Assembly: GCA_030583665.1 (NCBI GenBank) | Contig: CP129469.1 | Location: 1,509,043 to 1,541,042, forward strand | Direction of reading: 5' to 3' | DNA length: 32,000 nt | Source of the DNA: Candidatus Brocadiaceae baterium WH-1 | Lineage (GTDB): Bacteria > Planctomycetota > Brocadiia > Brocadiales > Brocadiaceae | Part shown: positions 25,157 to 32,000 of the stretch, piece by piece | Numbering within the stretch: the first letter of the stretch is position 1 | How the letters are laid out: each line of letters begins with the position of its first letter | Notes under the pieces: generated by a model | Databases searched by the model: none | Told to the model about the DNA's origin: nothing | What the model saw: the letters and a program-made list of their open reading frames with translations, nothing else | Translations under genes and position numbers: made by a program

Positions 25157-25831
25157 ATGAAAGATTTAGCCATTGTGCTGGTTAGTGGCGGCATGGACAG
25201 TTGCGTAACGGCTGCAATTGCAAACTTAGAATATCAACTTGCATTTTTACATGTAAACTATGGTCAGCGTACAGAATCAAGGGAACTGAAGGCATTTAAT
25301 GATATTGCATCATACTATGATATTCCCGGAGAAAGGATTCTCATATCTACTATTGATTGCTTACGAAAAATTGGAGGTTCAAGTTTAACAGACCGGGATA
25401 TGGATGTGCAAAGCATAACGATGGATAGTGCCGAAATTCCTTCTTCTTACGTCCCTTTCCGGAATACCCTTTTTTTGACAATTGCCGTTGCCTGGGGTGA
25501 AGTTATTGGTGCAAGAAAAATATTTATTGGTGCTGTGGAACAGGATAGTCCGAACTATCCTGATTGCAGACCGGTTTATTATGAAGTTTTTAATGAATTG
25601 ATCCGTGTCGGAACAAAACCTGCAACTTTTATAGAGGTGGAGACACCCCTCATATCTTTGAATAAATCCGGTATTGTAAAAAAAGGGGTTTCTCTGAAGG
25701 CGCCTTTGCATTTAACCTGGTCATGTTATAAAAATACAGACAAAGCATGCGGCGTATGCCACAGTTGCTTCCAGCGCTTAAAAGCCTTTCAGGAAGCAGG
25801 TATGACAGACACCATTCCTTATTGCCGGTAG
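25157..25831 (+). CDS. queC: 7-cyano-7-deazaguanine synthase
   Basis: PP-loop VLVSGGMDSCV. C-terminal zinc Cys cluster SCYKNTDKACGVCHSCFQR. Start moved to the ATG at 25157 (MKDLAIV), which has a GAGGTG SD; the ORF-track GTG at 25145 overlaps the queE end. Confidence 0.9.
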   Translation: MKDLAIVLVSGGMDSCVTAAIANLEYQLAFLHVNYGQRTESRELKAFNDIASYYDIPGERILISTIDCLRKIGGSSLTDRDMDVQSITMDSAEIPSSYVPFRNTLFLTIAVAWGEVIGARKIFIGAVEQDSPNYPDCRPVYYEVFNELIRVGTKPATFIEVETPLISLNKSGIVKKGVSLKAPLHLTWSCYKNTDKACGVCHSCFQRLKAFQEAGMTDTIPYCR

Positions 25832-25855
25832 AGACGCAACATCTTGCGTCTCTAC
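25828..25855. repeat. Perfect 12-bp hairpin GTAGAGACGCAA-catc-TTGCGTCTCTAC between convergent queC and the cysteine desulfurase gene
   Basis: Includes the queC TAG stop codon. Same family as the palindrome at 10478-10505. No U-tract on either strand. Confidence 0.65.
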
Positions 25856-25868
25856 AAAATTGAAAGAC

Positions 25869-27029
25869 CTACTTGCTGCTTCGCTCCCCTTCTCTGGCAA
25901 TTTTATCCAGGGCGGTTATAATCTGATCTATATCATCATCCGTATTGAAATATCCGGGGCTTATTCTTACTGTTCCGTCAGGAAATGTACCAATCTTTTG
26001 ATGGGCAAAGGGCGCACAATGCAGCCCGGGTCTCACAGCAATGTCAAAAGACTGATCGAGAATTGCACCAACTTCCGATGGACTGAATCCTTTCACATTT
26101 ATAGAAAGGATACCCACTTTCCTGGTGCTGTCTTTTGTTCCGTACAGGATAAAACGCTTGTCATCTTGTAACGATTGTATAAGCTTGTGGATCAATTTTT
26201 GTTCATGCATTCTGATTGTATCGGTCCCTTCAGAGAAAACATACTCAATACCTGCTCTAAGACCTGCGATACCAACTATATTGGGTGTGCCACTTTCCAG
26301 TCTGAAAGGCAATTCAGCGGGCTGAGAGAGCGATGCCGATTCAAAACCAGTACCCCCTTCCCGCCAGGGTTCAAGTGTCAGGCGTTCTCCGACGTAAAGC
26401 CCGCCCGTACCGGTAGGTCCTAAAGGACCTTTATGTCCTGTAAAAGCAAGCATATCGATATAATGCTTATCAACGTTGATTTCACATACCCCGGCAGTCT
26501 GCGCAGCATCAACCATAAACAGAATATCATTTTCCCTCGCAATCTTGCCGATTTCCGGCACAGGTTGAATCGTACCCAAAACGTTCGGCGCATGTGTTAA
26601 AACAATCAGACGAGTTTTAGAAGTAATAGCATCCTTAATATTATCCGGATCAATAAAACCCTCTTCAGAATTTTTAATCTTTGTTACCGTAATGATATTT
26701 TTACTCTCAAGATTATAAAGAGCACGTGACACTGCATTGTGTTCAAGGTATGTTGTAATAACATGGTTGCCTGGCTTGAGGAGTCCCTTAATTCCCATAT
26801 TGATTGCATCGGTGGCATTGAAAGTGAAAATGAACCGCCTGGCATCTTTAATTCCAAATAGCCGTGCAGCAATATTACGGGTATCTTCAATTTCCCTTTC
26901 TGCTGCCACTGCCATTTTGTGGCCTGAACGGCCTGGATTTGCTCCAGTAGTCCGGTAAAATGTGTCCATTGTCTTATATACAACTTCCGGTTTTGGAAAC
27001 GTCGTTGCTGCATTATCGAGATATATCAT
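25869..27029 (-). CDS. Class V aminotransferase-fold cysteine desulfurase family protein
   Basis: 386 aa. N-terminal IYLDNAATT, the PLP lysine in FTGHKGPLGPTGTGGLY, and the active-site Cys in RPGLHCAP. Confidence 0.85.
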   Translation of the reverse strand: MIYLDNAATTFPKPEVVYKTMDTFYRTTGANPGRSGHKMAVAAEREIEDTRNIAARLFGIKDARRFIFTFNATDAINMGIKGLLKPGNHVITTYLEHNAVSRALYNLESKNIITVTKIKNSEEGFIDPDNIKDAITSKTRLIVLTHAPNVLGTIQPVPEIGKIARENDILFMVDAAQTAGVCEINVDKHYIDMLAFTGHKGPLGPTGTGGLYVGERLTLEPWREGGTGFESASLSQPAELPFRLESGTPNIVGIAGLRAGIEYVFSEGTDTIRMHEQKLIHKLIQSLQDDKRFILYGTKDSTRKVGILSINVKGFSPSEVGAILDQSFDIAVRPGLHCAPFAHQKIGTFPDGTVRISPGYFNTDDDIDQIITALDKIAREGERSSK

Positions 27030-27034
27030 ATTCC

Positions 27035-28060
27035 TTACATTCCTATATATTTTGCGTAGAGACCCTTTGCAACCGATACATCGTTTGTACCGGAAATAAT
27101 AGCCCGCCCATCCGGAAATACTGCTAATTCATAAGTACCAAGGTTTAATCGTAACATAAAATTGTTATACGATACGGCTCCTGCCCTCTCAAGCCGGATG
27201 GCAAGTTTTGTCAAATCAATTTCTGATGCATATGTATGCAGGATTTGTACAGCACTTCTCCCGCATAATGAAGTTGTTTCCGGGTGTTTCCCTTGAGTTA
27301 AAAATTCATAGTGGTGACGGCAACATACAATACAATCTGTCTTATTTGTAACAGTATCGGCCGGTACATACCTTACCATATTACGCCAGACATCTGCCTC
27401 CAGAAGACCTTTATTTAATGCATGATAATTTTCTGTCAGTATTTTTATTGCTTCTGTCACCTGAAAAGAGGCGACGATGCTGGCAACAGGAGCAATGATC
27501 CCGGCGGTATCACACGTTTCTATAGTACCAGGCGGCGGAATATTTTCAAGGATACACCGGAGACAGGGGGTTTTCCCCGGAATAATATTCATGGTAAGGC
27601 CAACAGATCCGATGCATGCCCCATAGATCCATGGTATTCCTTTTTTTACACTATAATCATTTATTAAAAATCGTGTCTGAAAATTATCGGTTCCATCAAT
27701 AATGATATCAGCGTTTCCAATGAGTGTTTGAATATTCGACGGGTTTATATCTGCAACGGTTGAATCAATGCGTATCTGTGAATTTACTTTCCGAAGTTTT
27801 CTTTGTGCAGCTATAGCTTTCGGAAGATTTTTTTCAATATCTTCCTCATCAAATAGTGTTTGCCGCTGCAAATTGTGTTCTTCTATAAAATCACGATCAA
27901 TAATATGGAGGCGTTTGATTCCGCTGCGGACAAGAAGGTTTGCAGAAGCGCATCCCAGCGCACCGCAACCGATAAGCACGACTGATTTCTCCATAAGTAT
28001 CTTCTGGCCGCGATCACCTATGCCATAAAACAAAATCTGTCGTGCATAACGGTCTGACAT
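27035..28060 (-). CDS. ThiF/MoeB/HesA-family E1-like adenylyltransferase with a C-terminal extension
   Basis: 341 aa. RYARQILF, nucleotide loop VLIGCGALGC, DRDFIEEHNLQRQ, zinc CxxC pairs (CLRC ... CIVCC), and a C-terminal VFPDGRAIISGTNDVSVAKGLYAKYIG domain as in long ThiF-type proteins. Confidence 0.82.
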   Translation of the reverse strand: MSDRYARQILFYGIGDRGQKILMEKSVVLIGCGALGCASANLLVRSGIKRLHIIDRDFIEEHNLQRQTLFDEEDIEKNLPKAIAAQRKLRKVNSQIRIDSTVADINPSNIQTLIGNADIIIDGTDNFQTRFLINDYSVKKGIPWIYGACIGSVGLTMNIIPGKTPCLRCILENIPPPGTIETCDTAGIIAPVASIVASFQVTEAIKILTENYHALNKGLLEADVWRNMVRYVPADTVTNKTDCIVCCRHHYEFLTQGKHPETTSLCGRSAVQILHTYASEIDLTKLAIRLERAGAVSYNNFMLRLNLGTYELAVFPDGRAIISGTNDVSVAKGLYAKYIGM

Positions 28061-28168
28061 GAAGGATTTTCTTGTAAAAAACTTCTTTGTAAATTAAACA
28101 TGGAGGGATTCAAATATCTCCTGAAGTGGCCAAACCTTTTGTGGTGTAAATTCTCCGTTCTGTAGTCT

Positions 28169-28849
28169 TTATCCTTCAGGGATCTCAAAACTGCTTAAAC
28201 ATGAAGCATCTCCGGCAGCCAGTGCTTTTATTCGTTTGTATTTTATCCTGGGGTTTACCCCCTCACCAAACCCTGCAATCCATTCGTTTACGATAGTACA
28301 CATGGTCAGAAAGTCTGCTCCTGCACTTTTCCAGTATGGCTCATGAACACAACTATCATGATCCCATGAAGTATGGTTATCCGATTCTGAAACGATTTGT
28401 GCCCCCCTGTCACATGGCATCCCATCGCAATGATAATCCCCCATGACCTCAAACACCTTTGCTGTATTGGCACAGTCCTGTATTGATAATCCCTTGCTCC
28501 TGACAGCATCTTTACCGCAAGATATACCATGCCTGTATGCAGCTTCTGCAGCTACTTTTGCAGCACCACTGTAACGGGAACAAAAAGCGGCAACCACAGC
28601 AGCTTCTCTGGTTTCCCCTTCTATAATAAGATTTTGAATACCCTGGTGGATTGATTTATTGGCCAATAACTCTTCAAGTGTTTCGTTATCGTTTGCCTTT
28701 GGATATTTTTTATATACCTCTTCAAGAATTGCATCTGCTTCCGCACCATATTCCAGCTTAAACGCAGAAATAATGGCGCCCTCACGTGCTTCTGTAGTCT
28801 TTATCTTACCATACATCCAGTAATGTATCGGTCCTAATACCAAACTCAT
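28169..28849 (-). CDS. Hypothetical Cys-rich protein whose C-terminal half resembles the L-2-amino-thiazoline-4-carboxylate (ATC) hydrolase family
   Basis: 226 aa. The family assignment is from memory of the pattern C.HEPYWK...NP.I.Y.R...L..GD..C..F. and is not verified. The function call is weak. Confidence 0.35.
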   Translation of the reverse strand: MSLVLGPIHYWMYGKIKTTEAREGAIISAFKLEYGAEADAILEEVYKKYPKANDNETLEELLANKSIHQGIQNLIIEGETREAAVVAAFCSRYSGAAKVAAEAAYRHGISCGKDAVRSKGLSIQDCANTAKVFEVMGDYHCDGMPCDRGAQIVSESDNHTSWDHDSCVHEPYWKSAGADFLTMCTIVNEWIAGFGEGVNPRIKYKRIKALAAGDASCLSSFEIPEG

Positions 28850-28898
28850 CGAAAACTCCTTAATTATCGAAGCTTGAACAAGGAATCAGTTTATTGCA

Positions 28899-28918
28899 GA
28901 GGGTTTATAAAACCCTCA
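28899..28918. repeat. Perfect 20-nt palindrome GAGGGTTTTATAAAACCCTC between nfu and the downstream gene
   Basis: Read directly from the sequence. 10+10 perfect dyad in a 134-nt intra-operon gap. Confidence 0.6.
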
Positions 28919-28983
28919 TATTGAACTTGTTGGGAAAAAACTGAATAACAATCTTTTTATAAGGAAGGGCTGTTGCGGAATAA

Positions 28984-29202
28984 TTATGCAAGTTCTACCG
29001 ATTGCACTTCAGGTATCTCTTCTTTGAGCCGTTCCTCTACACCATATTTCAGCGTCATTAATGCACTGGGGCAAGACCCGCAGGCCCCTTTTAAACGTAC
29101 CTTCACAACTCCTCCCTCTATATCTACAAGCTCAATATCTCCACCGTCTGCCTGTAAAGCTGGCCGGATATTATTCAGTGCCTCTTCTACTTTTTGCCTC
29201 AT
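28984..29202 (-). CDS. NifU C-terminal-domain (Nfu-type) Fe-S cluster carrier
   Basis: 72 aa. IRPALQADGGDIELVDIEGGVVKVRLKGACGSCPS, with the CxxC motif typical of Nfu. Confidence 0.88.
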   Translation of the reverse strand: MRQKVEEALNNIRPALQADGGDIELVDIEGGVVKVRLKGACGSCPSALMTLKYGVEERLKEEIPEVQSVELA

Positions 29203-29481
29203 GTTTAATCTCCTTAAGTACCAGGATAATTTTGAATAAAACGAAAAACACCTTCTTGATTCGTTGATAGAAAAGAGGTATGGATTCCTGGTTTATTCCA
29301 TGCCCTTTCGCACAACATTACGGTTTTGCCCCTTTAAACCTGTATTTGCATTTCTCTTATCACTACACAATTAGGATATTGCACAAATGAGTTTTTGTCA
29401 ATCAAAAAAACAAGGCGTCTTCTTGCAACAAAAATCTCTTCCGGCTCGTTCGGATTAGGGTTTTAAGATTTTTATTGATTA

Positions 29482-30387
29482 ATGGTAGTTTATCTTTTAC
29501 AGTATTTACTTATGATAACCATAACGCATATTCCTTTTATAATCACGATAATTTTATACTTGGTGTCTTCTATCTGGTCCATAGGATCCATTATCAATCC
29601 ATTTTTTAATAGAAAAGTGGTTAAGTGGTCTATGATGATGGGATTCTTTGTTCATACCGGTTTTCTCATATACCTGGGCCTTGAATCAAACAATATACCC
29701 ATAACAAATGTTTATGAATCTTTCGTATCATTATTATGGTGCATCCTTTTTGTATACATCAACCTGGATTATCTTTATAAATTACCTTCATTAGATGCCT
29801 TTTTACTTCCTGTTATTACAGCACTTTCCCTGTGGGCGCTTACTTTTGATGGCAGGGATTCCTTCGTTACTGTGAAACTTCAGAATTTCTGGCTCATAGC
29901 GCATATCATCCCTATATTTATCGGATATGCTGCCTTTACAATCTCCTTTAGTCTTAGCGTAATGTACCTGACACAACAAAGACAGTTAAAACACAAGGCG
30001 TTTGGCCCTCTTTTCAACAAATTACCCTCGCTTGAAGGAATAGACAGACTTATGTGGAAAACTATCTCATTCGGTTTTCCGCTTCTTACGCTTGGGCTTA
30101 TTTTAGGAACCTTTTGGATAAAAACTCAGAACACCCCGGGTGAGGCGTGGTATCTCGATTATAAAGTCATCATGGGCCTGGCTACGTGGCTTGTTTATGC
30201 TGCGCTGCTACATATGCGCCTTGTCGCATCATTTCATGGGACCAAGATTGCTTGTATGACGATAGCCGGTTTTTGTCTGGTACTAATCACATTTTTCGGC
30301 GCTTTCTTTATGGGGTCTAAACATTCATTCCAGAAGTCTAACGAACAATCCCGTACCGAGATTTTAAATATTCACATGACAAGATAG
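29482..30387 (+). CDS. CcsA/HemX-like cytochrome c assembly family membrane protein
   Basis: 301 aa with about 8 TM helices. Degenerate W-rich region (GTFWIKTQNTPGEAWYLDYKV). Position directly upstream of hemA as for hemX-type genes. The start codon is uncertain (an alternative Met lies 10 codons in). Confidence 0.7.
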   Translation: MVVYLLQYLLMITITHIPFIITIILYLVSSIWSIGSIINPFFNRKVVKWSMMMGFFVHTGFLIYLGLESNNIPITNVYESFVSLLWCILFVYINLDYLYKLPSLDAFLLPVITALSLWALTFDGRDSFVTVKLQNFWLIAHIIPIFIGYAAFTISFSLSVMYLTQQRQLKHKAFGPLFNKLPSLEGIDRLMWKTISFGFPLLTLGLILGTFWIKTQNTPGEAWYLDYKVIMGLATWLVYAALLHMRLVASFHGTKIACMTIAGFCLVLITFFGAFFMGSKHSFQKSNEQSRTEILNIHMTR

Positions 30388-30433
30388 ATCACAATCGAAA
30401 TGATATACTGTTTTTGTTTAACTGAGGTGCGAC

Positions 30434-31705
30434 ATGAGTATTTTAGTTGTAGGGCTGAACCATAAGTCGGCCCCTGTAGAGATCCGGGAAAAGCTGGCTT
30501 TCAACATCAATAATATACCTGCTGCTTTATCTCTTTTTCTCCAAAAACATCAAAATGCAGAGGCGGTAATTTTATCAACCTGTAATCGTGTCGAAATGTA
30601 TGTATCGTCACTGGATGATCATATACAAGTAGACGATATCCTCTCATTTTTTTCCGAATTCCATAAGATCGAGTTAGATAAATTCATCCCTTATATCTAT
30701 CATAATAAGAACAGTCTCGCAGTTAACCACCTTTTCTTCGTTACCACAAGTCTTGATTCTATGGTGATCGGGGAATCCCAGATACTTTCACAGGTTAAAG
30801 AAGCTTATACGATGGCATCGACTGAAGAAGCAACCGGGAAGGTCTTAAACCAGCTATTTCAACAGGCGCTTAATGTCGCAAAAATTATACATACGAAAAC
30901 AACTATTGGAAAAGGAAAAGTTTCGATAAGTTCTGTTGCGGTAGAATTTGCCGAAAAAATATTTCAGGATTTCACGGGTAAAATTGTACTTGTAATAGGC
31001 GCCGGCGAGATGTGCGAACTGTTAATAAAACATCTTTATGAAGAAGGCGCGCGCTCTTTTATTGTTGCAAATCGCACCTTTGAACGTGCCAAGGAACTTG
31101 CAGAGGCATATCATGGACAGGCTATTAAATATGATCTTCTGGGTGAGTACCTTGCAAAAGCTGACATTATCATTAGCTCTACCTCTGCCCCCCATTATGT
31201 AATTCACGCACAACAGGTAAAAGATGCTATCAAATACCGGCGGGGCAATCCCATTTTTCTCATCGATATTGCAGTTCCGAGGGACATAGAACCCGATGTT
31301 GCAAAAATTGATAACGTATATCTTTACAATATTGATGATCTGCAATCTGTTGTAAACCAGAATATTGATGAGCGTACCAGAGAAATAGAAAAATGTCGTG
31401 GTATCATTGAGCTGGAAGTAGAATACTTTATGGCAAAGCTTGAAGAAATGAAGATAGAGCCGGCAATAACGCTGTTGCGGAACCATTTTCATGGTATTGG
31501 TAAAGAAGAATTAAACCGCCTGAAGCCAAAACTCAGAAGCATCAATGAGGGGGATTGGGAACAGGTTGTTTATACCATAGAGCGGACGATAAACAAAATC
31601 CTTCACCACCCTGCAAAGGTTGCAAAACAAGAGGCAAAAAATGGCGGTGGATACCGGTACGTTGAGACCATCAAAAAATTATTTGGAATATTCCATCATA
31701 AGTAG
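30434..31705 (+). CDS. hemA: Glutamyl-tRNA reductase
   Basis: 423 aa. VVGLNHKSAPVEIREKLAF, the active-site Cys in LSTCNRVEMY, the NADPH loop VIGAGEM, and a GAGGTG SD. Confidence 0.95.
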   Translation: MSILVVGLNHKSAPVEIREKLAFNINNIPAALSLFLQKHQNAEAVILSTCNRVEMYVSSLDDHIQVDDILSFFSEFHKIELDKFIPYIYHNKNSLAVNHLFFVTTSLDSMVIGESQILSQVKEAYTMASTEEATGKVLNQLFQQALNVAKIIHTKTTIGKGKVSISSVAVEFAEKIFQDFTGKIVLVIGAGEMCELLIKHLYEEGARSFIVANRTFERAKELAEAYHGQAIKYDLLGEYLAKADIIISSTSAPHYVIHAQQVKDAIKYRRGNPIFLIDIAVPRDIEPDVAKIDNVYLYNIDDLQSVVNQNIDERTREIEKCRGIIELEVEYFMAKLEEMKIEPAITLLRNHFHGIGKEELNRLKPKLRSINEGDWEQVVYTIERTINKILHHPAKVAKQEAKNGGGYRYVETIKKLFGIFHHK

Positions 31706-31759
31706 ATATATGTAAAAGTTTCTGCTTTTCGAAAAATAAGGGTCAGGTGTAGCGACAGG

Positions 31760-32000
31760 TTAGGCTTTCTTTGGTTTTGCTCTATGTTTTTTTGGCAGTA
31801 GCGGAATTAAACAACGCAAAGCCTTATTTACAGATTCCGAATCTGGGAAATACGCTCGAATATCTGGATCTAAAACAACTGCACCCTCTTTTGGCATCAC
31901 CTCCTTGGTGAGAGTTGTACCATCTGCCTTATGAATAGTGACCGTATACCCAGCTTGCATAGTTTTATAGTGCTTGCCACGCACTCCATCCGTAAAATCA
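31760..32000 (-). CDS. Small antitoxin-like protein (3' part; N-terminus beyond the window end)
   Basis: The ORF-track 74-aa frame stays open upstream to the window edge (..DFTDGVRGKHYKTMQ..). The DF..G.RGK.Y plus LDPDIRAYFPDSESVNKALRCLI pattern resembles small TA-system antitoxin-like proteins I recall. No partner is visible. Confidence 0.35.
   Translation of the reverse strand, partial: DFTDGVRGKHYKTMQAGYTVTIHKADGTTLTKEVMPKEGAVVLDPDIRAYFPDSESVNKALRCLIPLLPKKHRAKPKKA

Noticed and set aside
28061-28168. Search for a hidden ThiS/MoaD-like small ORF or a TPP riboswitch in the sulfur operon gaps and its upstream region (29203-29481)
   Set aside because: The gaps are too short for a roughly 66-aa carrier and contain no open frame ending in GG. 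I saw no TPP-riboswitch core (CUGAGA ... ACCUGAUCUGGAUAAUGCCAGCG-like).

Overview
This is a densely coding 32-kb chromosomal window, mostly on the minus strand. I recognised no rRNA, tRNA, CRISPR array, transposase or integrase.

Contents from left to right:
1. A minus-strand metal-efflux locus: BlaI/CopY-like repressor, M56 BlaR1-like protease, TolC-like outer membrane protein, a very long CusB-like adaptor, and a CusA-like RND pump. The pump runs off the window and is missing from the ORF track; I recovered it by hand translation.
2. A GalE-like epimerase, a DUF805 membrane protein, and a frameshifted heptad-repeat gene.
3. rplM-rpsI.
4. An unlisted 57-aa signal-peptide plus Cys-rich ORF with its own promoter, Shine-Dalgarno (SD) site and terminator.
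5. A roughly 0.5-kb intergenic nest of short hairpin repeats.
6. An orphan FabZ-like dehydratase.
7. An lpdA-alsS-glgP-HAD string.
8. The stand-out: a tightly coupled six-gene operon of ACP, FabZ, FabF, a KS homologue lacking the Cys-His-His triad (CLF-like), a CrtI/phytoene-desaturase-family flavoprotein, and a B12-binding radical SAM enzyme. It contains no KR, ER or AT gene. This is a dedicated type II FAS/PKS-like line coupled to desaturase and radical C-C chemistry. The composition matches what comparative genomics has proposed, but never demonstrated enzymatically, for ladderane lipid synthesis in anammox planctomycetes. The organism assignment is inference only.
9. queE-queC.
10. An operon of nfu, an ATC-hydrolase-like gene, a ThiF-like E1 and a class V cysteine desulfurase, with no ThiS/MoaD-type carrier.
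11. A ccsA/hemX-like gene plus hemA.
12. A partial antitoxin-like ORF at the right edge.

I revised several ORF-track start codons using SD sites and ATGA overlaps.
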